Below are positions 36,444 through 47,552 of a DNA stretch of 64,000 bases, in pieces. The position numbers and the translations under genes are program-made. Within the stretch, counting starts at the first letter, position 1, and each line of letters opens with the position of its first letter. Source of the stretch: Eukaryota sp. TZLM1-RC (taxonomy: Eukaryota; Protista; Metamonada: BaSk clade); the NCBI GenBank assembly GCA_040285825.1, contig JAUPSS010000001.1, forward strand, positions 992,001 through 1,056,000, read 5' to 3'. The notes beneath the pieces are model-generated. The model was not told the origin of the DNA, searched no databases, and was given only the letters and a program-made list of their open reading frames with translations.

Positions 36444-36984
36444 AGTGTAGGTGTCAAAATAAGCTTAGTTCCCAAGTAGAGCCAATAGTTTTTATAATTT
36501 CTCATTAACAACATTATATGTCAACAATACATTTACTGATATGAATAGGACACAAATGAACACCTCATGTCCTTCTTGCTGATGTATTTACAATGTAATC
36601 CTCGGTGTCAATTAACAACTTCAGTTAGTTCACTTTTTCCAACACTCATTACAAGGTATTGAAATTTTTGAAAATTCGAACACAAAAATTTGAATGGAAA
36701 ACAGTAGTAAAGACTATTTATTGGTATTCTACGGTTATTAACAAGACGTTCCATCAGTTTCTCATAATGAGGTAGCAGTAAAATCTTTGATTTGTTTTGA
36801 ATTGTTTGAAGTTTTGAAGAATCGTGTGCAAGTATTGGTGATACATCAGCAAGAAGGACATGAGGTGTTCATTTGTGTCCTATTCATATCAGTAAATGTA
36901 TTGTTGACATATAATGTTGTTAATGAGAAATTATAAAAACTATTGGCTCTACTTGGGAACTAAGCTTATTTTGACACCTACACT
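36444..36984. repeat. 144-bp inverted repeat (36444-36587 and 36841-36984)
   Basis: The second arm is the reverse complement of the first as read by eye, and it directly abuts the 5' end of the retro-insertion. Confidence 0.95.
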
Positions 36985-37602
36985 TAGAAGCAAGGTTCAT
37001 GATGCTGTAAGAGACCAGTTATATTGTAAATCTCATAGAATTGAATCCTTCTTGTAACCTCTGTTGTCAAATCTGTTTGATGCTGAAAATGATTTTCATA
37101 AGAATAATAGAGGTGATGTCATATTACCTGGATTAGATGGAAGCTTCATTTTATTGGATGTAATGTCTGTTGATCCTTGTAATGCCTCAAATGAAAGGCT
37201 TGTTAATTCTGAAATTCATAATCCCCTTTCAAATGCTGAAAATTTTAAATTCAAAAAATACAATGAACCTTTGTCCAAATTGGCCAGTCTACAGCATGCA
37301 AAATACAATTTGTATCCATTTGTATTTTCCCTTTTTGGCTCACTTGCACCAACTGCTTTACGTTTTTTGGATGATTTTGAAATGATTGTAAAGAGAAGAA
37401 CTGGCAGAAATTTCAACAGATTGTTTTGGCAAAATAGAATTGTGTTTTCTATTTTTAAGGGGATGTTGAAGATGGTTTCTGATGCTGTGCTTTCTCTTGG
37501 ATCTCACTATGAGAGAGTTGCATCTAGTGTTTTTGTTTTGGGAGAGATGGATTTTTTAGATGTTGATTTATAGGTTTAGAATAAAATTATATTTAAAAAA
37601 AA
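36985..37602 (+). mobile_element. 5'-truncated RLE retrotransposon with poly(A) tail and 16-bp TSD
   Basis: HDAVRDQLY, NRGDVILPG..LDV, KFKKY, PFVFSLFG, FWQNRI; A8 tail. AAGTATTGGTGATACA occurs at 36830-36845 and 37601-37616. Confidence 0.93.
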
Positions 37603-38173
37603 GTATTGGTGATACAAATTAATGTCTGGTCAAATGCGATGTCTTGGTGCATGATTACAAGTTGAAAGTTCCTTGAAGCATAACAAAAGTGACAACAATT
37701 ATGGTTAAAAGTTTACTACGCCTCAAAGCTATATAAATCTAGTTCAATTACGACTATTTTCTTGAATTAAAAAAACTTAAATTAAAGTTCAATTCAATGA
37801 GACAACGCCCTTCATGAACGCTTGTCTCACCATCGATGCATTTTACACTAACAGAAAAACCTCTTATCACTGCTGAAACAGGCTAAATAATTGATCAACA
37901 ACATATGATGTTTTGATTGTATAAGTTGGTTAAACAGAACCTATTCTATCGATAAACCATAGCATTTAATGTGACCCTATCTCATTTCTAGTATGGTGGA
38001 AGCAAAATAGTGTTCACAGTTTGTGTTTCATAAGTGGTTTTTGTTACATTCAAAGATTCAGACAGAGATGACAATCACTACAATATGGATGACACGATGG
38101 GTATATCTTGGTTTGTTATTGCCAAAATCACTTCCTCTAGAAAACATCCAACTTATCTTTATATCCATCAAAC

Positions 38174-39973
38174 ATGACTCTTCGAACTAAATCCACGCTA
38201 AAACGCCTCAAAATGTACCGATCAAAGGTCAAGGTTGACCCTCGCGGTAAAGTGATTGGAGGTGCTTTCATGTCCAGCACTCCTTCAACAGATGGTCGCA
38301 TTCTTCCTAATCGCAAATGGTTCGGTAACACTCGTGTTGTTGGCCAAAACCAACTGAGTCAATTCCGTGAAGCCATTGAAGCCACCAACTCTCCATATTC
38401 TGTCCTTCTTCGCCAACGTAAGCTTCCCCTTTCTCTCGTCTCCGATTCCACACCCTCATCTGGTAACGCCAAGATCCTTGATATAGAACCATATGACGAA
38501 ACCTTTGGTGCCACCAGACGCCGTAAAAGAGCCAAGATCAACGCCTCTTCTCTTGAAGAACTTGCTGCTTCCACCCTTCCCTCCAACGATTCTCTCGTCA
38601 ATGACACTCTACCCAACCCCATCCAGGCAGAAGAAGAAGATAAGTTCATTCCTGAACCAGCTTTTGATAAGGGCACGTCCAAACGTATCTGGGGCGAATT
38701 GTTTAGAGTGGTCGACTCATCAGACGTCATCATTCAGGTACTCGATGCACGTGACCCTATTGGAACAAGATCACAGCACTTGGAACGAATGTTGAAACGT
38801 CCCGAGCACAAGCATAGACATTTAGTATTGTTGATAAACAAGGTGGATCTGGTACCGGTGTCCTGTACACGGCAATACGTCAAACTTTTTTCGTCAGAAT
38901 ATCCTTGTTTGGCGTTCAAAGCGTCAGTTGAAAAACCCTTTGGTAAAGGATCATTGGTTAATCTGCTACGTCAATTCGCCAAGCTTCATCATGACAAGCC
39001 TCAGATTTCAGTAGGGTTTGTAGGGTATCCAAATGTGGGTAAGAGCTCAGTCATCAATGCTTTGAAAGGAAAGAAGGCTGTTAATGTGGCTCCAATCCCG
39101 GGAGAGACGAAATTTTGGCAGTTTGTGACCCTCATGAAACGAATCTATTTGATTGATTGTCCGGGAACGATTGGATTAGGAGCAGAATCACCGGAAACTG
39201 CCGTTTTGAAGGGTGCAATTAGAACAGAATTGATACCAGATCCAGTTGCCGTTATCCCTCTGATTTTTGACCGGGTCAACAATCAACATTTGATTGATTT
39301 ATATGATATTAATCAATGGACTGATTATGAAGATTTTCTGTCTCAAATTGCTTTTGCTCAAGGTAAATTGCTCAAAGGTGGAGAACCAGATATTAATATC
39401 ACAGCCAGGATTGTTTTGAATGATTTTCTTCGAGGAAAAATCGCTTGGTTTGTTAAACCTCCGAATTACGATGATAATATAAAGAAGGAGAAGGGAAAGA
39501 AGGTCAAAAATCAAAACGATGACGTGATTGATGATGTGACAGGCCAAAATGATGAAGTGTCAGAAGAGGAAAGTGATTATGAATCAGAGGAAACTGTTGA
39601 CTGGGATGATGTTTTTGATGCTGATGAGGTTCAAGAATCAGATACTGATGATGAATTTGATGAACAGGAAACAGTGGGTGCACCAGATGAACGAGAAGTG
39701 GAAATCAGTCAAAATGATGACGATTCACAGTCAGAAGCAGAAACTATCAAATCAAATCAATCAGAAGGTCATAAAGAAGGTTCAATAAGTTCAGATTCTG
39801 AAGAAAGTCAAGAAGAATCGGAAACAAAACAGACGACTTCTGTGCCGATAGTTCCTTTAAAAAGGATGACTACCAATAAAAAGAAGGTTGGTAATCATTT
39901 TTACGATCGAGTTGACGTCAGAAATAGGAGGAAAGGGGGAAAGAAGGTTCAAAATAAAAGGAGGAGAATGTAA
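38174..39973 (+). CDS. NOG2: Nucleolar GTPase Nog2/GNL2
   Basis: N-terminal LKRLKMY..RILPNRKWFGNTRVV, KGTSKRIWGELFRVVDSSDV, DARDP, NKVDL, GYPNVGKSS, DCPG (circularly permuted GTPase); acidic tail. Confidence 0.97.
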   Translation: MTLRTKSTLKRLKMYRSKVKVDPRGKVIGGAFMSSTPSTDGRILPNRKWFGNTRVVGQNQLSQFREAIEATNSPYSVLLRQRKLPLSLVSDSTPSSGNAKILDIEPYDETFGATRRRKRAKINASSLEELAASTLPSNDSLVNDTLPNPIQAEEEDKFIPEPAFDKGTSKRIWGELFRVVDSSDVIIQVLDARDPIGTRSQHLERMLKRPEHKHRHLVLLINKVDLVPVSCTRQYVKLFSSEYPCLAFKASVEKPFGKGSLVNLLRQFAKLHHDKPQISVGFVGYPNVGKSSVINALKGKKAVNVAPIPGETKFWQFVTLMKRIYLIDCPGTIGLGAESPETAVLKGAIRTELIPDPVAVIPLIFDRVNNQHLIDLYDINQWTDYEDFLSQIAFAQGKLLKGGEPDINITARIVLNDFLRGKIAWFVKPPNYDDNIKKEKGKKVKNQNDDVIDDVTGQNDEVSEEESDYESEETVDWDDVFDADEVQESDTDDEFDEQETVGAPDEREVEISQNDDDSQSEAETIKSNQSEGHKEGSISSDSEESQEESETKQTTSVPIVPLKRMTTNKKKVGNHFYDRVDVRNRRKGGKKVQNKRRRM

Positions 39974-40409
39974 AAATTTAGTCATCTTTGGTTATTTTAG
40001 ACTTTTTAGTTTTTCTTTTTCTAGTTTTAGTGTTTTTTCAGTAAAATATATATTTTGTTTAGTAACAATAATATCCAAATGTTTGTTGGTTGTGTTTTTT
40101 TGATCAATTATTGCTTTATCCTTATAAAGTAAACCTTGAATAGTCTTTATATTCCAGATAACAGGTTGGGTAGAACAATATAGAGAACATATTTATTGAA
40201 TGAAAGCATTAGAGGTTCTTGACAATTAATTTCTCTTATCGAAGGTCTTGGTGACTTTGCTCCTGAATAGTAGTTTTCTTTTTAGTTTTCAACTGAGCAA
40301 TAAATGTGAATACACTCAAAAAATGTAAGAAAACCAGAATTTTCTGCAGTATCACTTGGAAACTCTTAAATTAAAAAAACCACATCCAATTAAATAATAC
40401 TTTTATAAC

Positions 40410-43400
40410 TCAGAAATCCACACTCAAAACCTTACTTGAACCATTACACTGATAGACACCCACCAATCTATTACAAATTTCATACATTTGTCTCCTCAGT
40501 GAAACAACTAAAATTTGTTTTGGATTAACTTCAGTATGTGACAGCATTTGTAAAACTTTTGCAACTCGTTGAACTGCTACTGTATCTAAAGAAGCATCTA
40601 TTTCATCTGCAACCAATATAGGAGTTGGAAAGGCTAAAAATAACGACAGTGAAACTCCAAGTGCACTAATTGCTTGTTGCCCACCAGACAATCTGTTGTA
40701 TTCTGTCCACGTATCATTTGGTAGTTTAACAGAAATACCAACTCCTTCATTGTCTAGTGACTCTGGATTTGTACTCAGTTCCAATCTTAATGATCCACCA
40801 TTGGTTAAAGAGGAGAAAAGCCTTGATAATTGGCGATTTAATAATGTTATTACCTTAGTCAGTAAGGTAAATCTGGTTGACAAAAGCCGATCTATATTGG
40901 ACTTAAGGATGGCTTCTTGGGAGGTTAAAGTATCTATTTGAGTTTTTAATTGGACTGAACGCTTTGATTTGTTTAAAAACTCTGATAGACATTCTTTATC
41001 AATTCTTTGTTCCAGAGCAATGATTTTATGGTGAATATCTTCCAAGTTTTGTTCAATGTTGGAGATAAATACTGTAGAATTTTCCACTACCTTGTCAAAT
41101 TTTGACCGTCTATTGAAAAATTTCTTAAAATGTTTAAACTCACTTTGAATTTCTTTTGCATCATTTTGTTCTTTTAATTGCTGACATATGTCATCAGTTT
41201 CTTTACCAAGAACTTCCAATTTACCTTCAAGTGTTGATAGTTCAGCTTCCTTTTCAACATTGACTGCTTCCAGTTCGATTAAGATATTCTGATTTTGTTC
41301 TTGTTTTTCTAAATTTTTGGTAATTTTCCCCTGTATTAGCTCGCATTTTTTCTCAATTTCACGCTTGGAACTCAATATTTCTTGAATAGAATCTTGATGA
41401 GCTTGATCAATTTCAGAGAACTGATCAACTGTGTCCTGAAGTTCCTTAATTTCAGACTCCAATTTGGCTATTTTTGTTTTTAAAACAGTTTGCTTTTGTT
41501 GATTTTCTTTAATGAATTCACTAGTGAGGTCCAAATTGCTGATTAATTGTTGGCTTTTGGTTTTAAGCAAAATGAACTCGGAATTGTTTTCATTATATTT
41601 CCTTACCAATTCCACAAACATTGACAATTTTTGGGATTTAACAGGAAGATCTTCAATTTCAGATAATTTTTCTTCCGCTTTGTTTAATTTTTCGACAGTT
41701 TTTGCTATTTCATTTTCTATTCTTATCATTGTACTGTTGGTTCTATTCAAATTATTGGACGTTGCTGTTTCTTTTTTAACTAAATTACTAATCTGAGCTT
41801 CAATTGTTTGAATCTCCAAATGTAAACAATTCCTTTCGTCTTTAAGTTTTTCCAAATCCTTTTCCAACTTCTCATTCTGGACAGTCAATTTTCTTTTCTC
41901 CTCTAGAACAATTTCCAATTCATTCCTTAAAGCAGCCAATTGACTATCAATTTCACTCCTACTCCAAGCAGAAGACTGTTCTGAAATAGATCTAATTAAG
42001 GTTCCTCGTATGGCCGTTTTCAACACTTCACCATTACTTTTGAATATAATACCATCATTGGAAACAACAGTGTATCCTTTGAGTTTCTTAAATGTTTCCT
42101 TGGCTGAACGGAGTGAACCTTCCAAAACTGTTCGATTTCCTAATTTATTGATGAAAGCAGTAACTAATTCATTAGGTGAAACGGATTGTAATATTTGACT
42201 CAACAAGACCAATTTGTCAGAATTCACAAGATTTCTGGATCCTGTGAAGCTATTGCTGACAAAATTTTGGTCCAATATTTCACAGGAAACAGTAAAGCCA
42301 GGAGGTGCTTTTTGTTTCACGAAATTGATAAATTTGGTTGCAATACTTCTTGACTTGACCAAAATACTGTTATTTCGCAAGTTAGCAGGAAGAGCCGAAT
42401 TAACAGCAACAGAATATTTTTTACAAGTAATTCCGACTAATTCTGAGAAAATTCCAATTATTTCGTTATTTGGGTGTAATTGATGAAACTCTGACAAAAA
42501 ATTGGATAATGAATCAGAATTGTTTTTCATAGAAATGCTGGATTCAAAATTTTCAATTTTCCTACACAAATCAAATTCAGAACGTTCCAAATATTTCAGT
42601 CGTTCCCCTAGCTCAAAATTATCTCTTTCCATGGCTTCTATATCAGCTACTTTCTGTTTAAATTCTGTTGAATTACAATTAAAAACTTGCTTCAACTTTG
42701 CCAAATCACACCTCAAATCTAATAATTCAGATGTCAAAGACGCAACTTTGCTTTCGGCTTTTGAATAACTTTCCACTGAATTTGTTTTGGAATTACTTAG
42801 ATTAGTAATTTCCTTTTCCAATTGAATCTTCATTTCACTAGATTTTCGGATTAAATCACATTGTTTTTTTTCTTTTGAGTTAAGCTTTGATCTCTTCATT
42901 TTGGATTCTAAATCTTCTATCATTTTCTCTTTCTCGCCTTTTTCCAATTCTACTTCTTCAATTTGTGCCTGTAACCCATTGAATTCCTCAGTTAATTGGT
43001 TTTCATTCTTAACTAATCTAGTTAAACTCTTTTTATCGTTAGTTTTTTGATTGGATTTACTTTTGAGAGTTAGCTTGATTTCCTCAATCTTCAGAAGTTC
43101 TTGATTTCTTTCAGATTGAATCCTATTCATTTCTGATTCAACATGCTGTAGCTCAATATTCAATTCATTTTTGACACTTTCTAACTTGTCTTGTTTAGCA
43201 CTGATACTACTCAATTGATCTTTTAATTTACTAATATTGAGGTCAATTTCGTTTAATTCCTCAACAACGTTCTGCTTTTGCTTCTCAAAATGTTTTGTTT
43301 CAAAGTCAGTCCTGAATCTTTTACACTTTAATAACAATAAATTCTTTTGTTTTTTCACCATCAAGCAATTTTTCACCTCGCAATAGTCATGATAATGTGT

Positions 43401-44367
43401 CCTGAGTACCTCTATCCTCTCATCAATTATTGCCTTTTCATTTTCTAAATCCTTGATTTCCGAATCAACTCTTTTTTTCTCAATAAATAGCCTATTTTGA
43501 TGTTCAAATAGTGGAAAAATCCCAGAAATTCTTTCAATTAAGGTTAGAAATCCTACAGCTGATCTTCGAAGCAATGCTATAGTATCTTGCTGTCTACAAA
43601 TCCATCTTTCTGGCACAGATACATCTAGACCGATTTGAGTTAACATTTCCTGAGCTTTAATTTTGGTAATAGTGGTGACTTTTGAATAATCAAAACCATC
43701 ATTTTCAGCATAACAACAGACATAACTTAGATTTGAATTTGTTAGTTTTCTACCAATTGCCACAAATGGTAAAAGCTCATTCTTGGTGAAAAATTCAGCA
43801 AACACTACAACTTCAAGTGAAGCATTGTTATTAAAACTCAATGAAGATGTACCATTTGATCTCAAATCATTAGATTTGTACCCACAAATAAAGCATAGAG
43901 CTTCAATGATGTTGCTTTTTCCTGACCTAAAATTAGCAAATGACAGATGGAAAAAGCCCATACCCATTTACCCCACAAATACAGTTTAACTTGGGAGAGA
44001 GATCAACTACTTGGGGGGACTGGTGCGAGTAGGATTTGAAACCTTTAAGGATGATGCGGTGAAGGAAGTATTTGGAAGTGTTATGGTTGGCTAGAGTGAC
44101 TTCGGCTTGGTCAATGGTAGCAGAGACAGCAGTGGTTATTGGATCAGTGGGTTTGGGTGGGCTAGGGTTTGGAACTCGGGAACAAGGTGGGGTCACATCC
44201 TCCATGGAAGATGATGACGAGGTGTAGTCGTCGCTCTCACTGGGGGATGTATAGTCTGATTCGAGAGGGACAGATGATTTGGGTTGAGGTATGTCAGATT
44301 CAGGTTGAGATGTATCACGAGCGACGATCCTACGCTTACTAGATCGAGTTTGGTAAGCTTGAGACAT
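40410..44367 (-). CDS. SMC-family ATPase (divergent; subfamily not assigned), two exons
   Basis: LKGFKSY. The 37-nt intron at 43927-43963 (GTATGG...CTAATTTTAG) restores Walker A GVNGSGKSN. Coiled coil-hinge-coiled coil; signature LSGGQQ, Walker B ILVADEIDASLD, VVSLR. Confidence 0.92.
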
Positions 44368-44951
44368 CAGTCAATTGAGTGCCGGCAAATTTCATTGGTA
44401 ATTGAACTTCCTCAAGGTTCATAAACATTCACTGTTTTGCCTAATGAAGTAAATTTGTAAATCGTTTCAGGTGTCACTACTTCTAGATATTCTGTTTATG
44501 ATTGCTGTCTTAACATATTTACTTCCGTTTCAACCCAATGTATTCTCTGTATTCCTATACAACCAATCGTTTTGCTTAAAAGAGCTTGGAATTGTTGTTG
44601 TTTCATAAGTAAATGTGTTATAATGTAATGCACGGTACTGATTTCTGTTATATAGTTATAAAGGGTTTTGTTCTATGCTTCCGTCAATAAAATCTTGATT
44701 TCTCCAAACAACAGGAGAGATTTTGTCAGGCTTAAGCCTTCTTTGAGATGTTATCATACTCTGTGAGATTGGTGCAGTTGCCAATTTTATTGAACTTCTC
44801 TTTCCAATATAATGAATTTATGAATCAAAACTGGAAAAAGTGGAAAAGACCTCCAACAGGACCAGCTGTTAATGTAGCAAAAAATAATAAACATCCAAAA
44901 AGATTTAATTATATTTTATGTGAAAATGAAAAAGACTAACGACTAATAAGA

Positions 44952-45608
44952 CTATTCATCAAACCTCAAAAACTCCCCTTTACTCCATTTGGCAAAAATA
45001 TGTACCTTGAACGAAGCAAGCTTGACCCCAAATTGTTTGAGTAAATTGGCTTTTTCAGGAGTGAGAGCGACACCGGGACTGGAAACAGTGAATGGACATC
45101 GACAGTGAACAACACCGTTCTTCATCTCTGTGGGAAGTCCCAGCGACCGTAGGAAAGGCTCTTGTGTATGTGAGAAGTTTTCGAGGGGACCTTCTGGAAT
45201 CACAAACTCTTCAGTGGGGATGAAGCCTGCTCTGGCATACTCTGGGACTTCAAAGTTTTCAAAGAAGTTGACCACTTCCTCATGAGAACGATTAGTGAAG
45301 AGAAGACCGCAGTCGCCTTCAATCACCTTAGCGAGATGACAGACGTTATCAGCTATTTCTGATTCTGGGGTAGGTCCAAGAGCGTATTGGATGACTTTAT
45401 TACGACCAAAGAGAAAAACAGAGTCGTTCCAATCTTTTCGTAGATCCTTGATCAGAACATTACGCATGTTACTGACTCTGAAGACGTAAATGGTTTCATA
45501 ATTCGGCACAATCTGTCTTATCCGTTCAACTAAGAGGTTTTTCTGGTCGCGTCCCTTTTTATCAGTCTTTGTAAGTGAGACTACTCTAGCACGTTTGGAA
45601 GCAGGCAT
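44952..45608 (-). CDS. MRT4: Ribosome assembly factor Mrt4 (uL10 paralog)
   Basis: MPASKRARVVSLTKTDKKG, NMRN, FGRNKV..ALG, GLLFTN, YARAG, EPFLRSLGLPT. Confidence 0.96.
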   Translation of the reverse strand: MPASKRARVVSLTKTDKKGRDQKNLLVERIRQIVPNYETIYVFRVSNMRNVLIKDLRKDWNDSVFLFGRNKVIQYALGPTPESEIADNVCHLAKVIEGDCGLLFTNRSHEEVVNFFENFEVPEYARAGFIPTEEFVIPEGPLENFSHTQEPFLRSLGLPTEMKNGVVHCRCPFTVSSPGVALTPEKANLLKQFGVKLASFKVHIFAKWSKGEFLRFDE

Positions 45609-45657
45609 CTAAAAGTATCTAAGTAGTGATTGAAGTTCTTGGAATTCCTAGTTTCAG

Positions 45658-46983
45658 ATGAATCTCCTCAACTGTTCTCCTTCATCAACTGTTGTTTTCA
45701 ACCTTCTCTGCATTCATTTTCTATCGTTTTGCCTGATTGCTGCTGCAGATAATGTTGATATTTCAGATTACATTGACCAACCCGCTTATGTTATCCAGCA
45801 AAAAACCCATGTTCCAACCCTCTCTTCACCTTTCGTTGATACTTATTCATTCTTCACCACAGTAGATCACAATATCTCTCTTTACTCTGTACTAACAGTT
45901 CCAAAGAACATTAAATCTAATAACTTGTTGATTTATTTACCAGGTGGACCCGGATTTTCGTTATTTACCGCTTTATTTGAAGAAATAGGTCCATTTAAAA
46001 TAGTAATTGATGATGAATTTCACCATTCTAATCACACTACTTTTCCTAACCATAAGTCCAAATTCTTCTTTAATCATCATTCAATTGGTTCAATATTACC
46101 AATACTGTTTATAGATCAACCTCCCAAGACTGGTTTTTCCAAAGGCGATTTAAATCTTGATTTAAACCAAACATGTAAATTATTGGTTAAATTATTAAAT
46201 CAATTTTATAAAGCTTTTCCTCAATTTAATAATCACAAATTGATTATTGGAGGAAGTTCTTTCGGAATTAAATTTAGTTTACGCTTGGCCATCTTAATTC
46301 CGAATAGAGTACTTGGAATTATCAGTGGAAATCCAATTATTTCATGCAAACAGGCGAATTCCTTAATTAATTTTGGTAAATCGTTTGGAATTTGTGGTGG
46401 TTCTGAACAAGTTTTTTTGGAAGAAAAGCTGTATAATTTGAACCATTTTTTGAATATCGGCGACATTACTACTGCTAGTAACTCTTTCTTGAATTTAATT
46501 CTTGAATTTTCTAGTTATTTAGATATATCACCACATCATATCTTACAAAAATATTATGGCTTTAATGCTGAATTCATTTTAAACTTTGTCAATTCAAATC
46601 TGGATAAATTACATGCTTCTGGAACTAATTTTTCCTCAATCATTTCAAATGATGTGAGAAGTTATTATAAACAGTACACTTGTATAGACGACACTCAATT
46701 GTTGAGCAATTTTCTAAATCAAGGGAAGAAAATTTTATTGTATTCTGGACAATTTGATTTAATGTGTAATTCCTTAGGATTACTAGAATTGCTAGAATCA
46801 ATTAATTTCAATAACATGTGGTCAAGTTTACCTTTGAAGTTGAGTGTTTATGGTGGCAAGTCAATTGGCAGTGTAAAGGGAGATGATTCCTTGCTGTATT
46901 TAAATATCAATTTAGCAGGTCATTTTGCAGGAAAGGATAACTTTAAGCTTTTACTAGATCATTTTCAAATGTTTTTTGCTTAA
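45658..46983 (+). CDS. Serine carboxypeptidase (peptidase S10), secreted, divergent
   Basis: Signal peptide; PGGPGFS, EIGPF, IDQPPKTGFS, GGSSFG (nucleophile Ser), SGQFDLMC (Asp), AGH (His). Divergent from MRT4 with only 49 bp between the start codons. Confidence 0.9.
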   Translation: MNLLNCSPSSTVVFNLLCIHFLSFCLIAAADNVDISDYIDQPAYVIQQKTHVPTLSSPFVDTYSFFTTVDHNISLYSVLTVPKNIKSNNLLIYLPGGPGFSLFTALFEEIGPFKIVIDDEFHHSNHTTFPNHKSKFFFNHHSIGSILPILFIDQPPKTGFSKGDLNLDLNQTCKLLVKLLNQFYKAFPQFNNHKLIIGGSSFGIKFSLRLAILIPNRVLGIISGNPIISCKQANSLINFGKSFGICGGSEQVFLEEKLYNLNHFLNIGDITTASNSFLNLILEFSSYLDISPHHILQKYYGFNAEFILNFVNSNLDKLHASGTNFSSIISNDVRSYYKQYTCIDDTQLLSNFLNQGKKILLYSGQFDLMCNSLGLLELLESINFNNMWSSLPLKLSVYGGKSIGSVKGDDSLLYLNINLAGHFAGKDNFKLLLDHFQMFFA

Positions 46984-47552
46984 AATTGCTTAATATCTTT
47001 GTTTAGTGGAATTCTGATTACCAGTAATTAATGTTGTCATTATTATAAACAGAATCACGTACTAAAAGAATGTATAAAGAAAAAATCAAAACAATTTTTA
47101 TTAAGAAAAAGCAGAATATTAGATATTAATAATGCACATTAAAGTGATGAACAGCAACAACTACCAAAAAGGTTGCCTCCATCCAAAAGTGTTTCATATT
47201 CAATTACAATTTGCAGGTTATCAACTATAATTTGGATACTAATTTTTTACTCGAGCAAAAAAAGTGAATTTACAACATTCTGTGTTATTGAAGGACTAAG
47301 ACTTGGAGATAATACTTTTATGATTTCAAATAACTTGAATTTTTTACCTTCTCATCACCTCTGTCCCCGTTAACAGAGTAGGTGAAATTGGCTTAAACAT
47401 GACTGGTTGAGATGTTTTTGTGGGCGAATCCCATTGAGAGTGATTAGAGCTGTGCCGACTGTAAAAATAGACTAATTTCCAAAATAAACATATGAAAACT
47501 GGAAATTAATCAACAAAAAAATACAAAAGTTCTAGATAAATACAAACAATAA

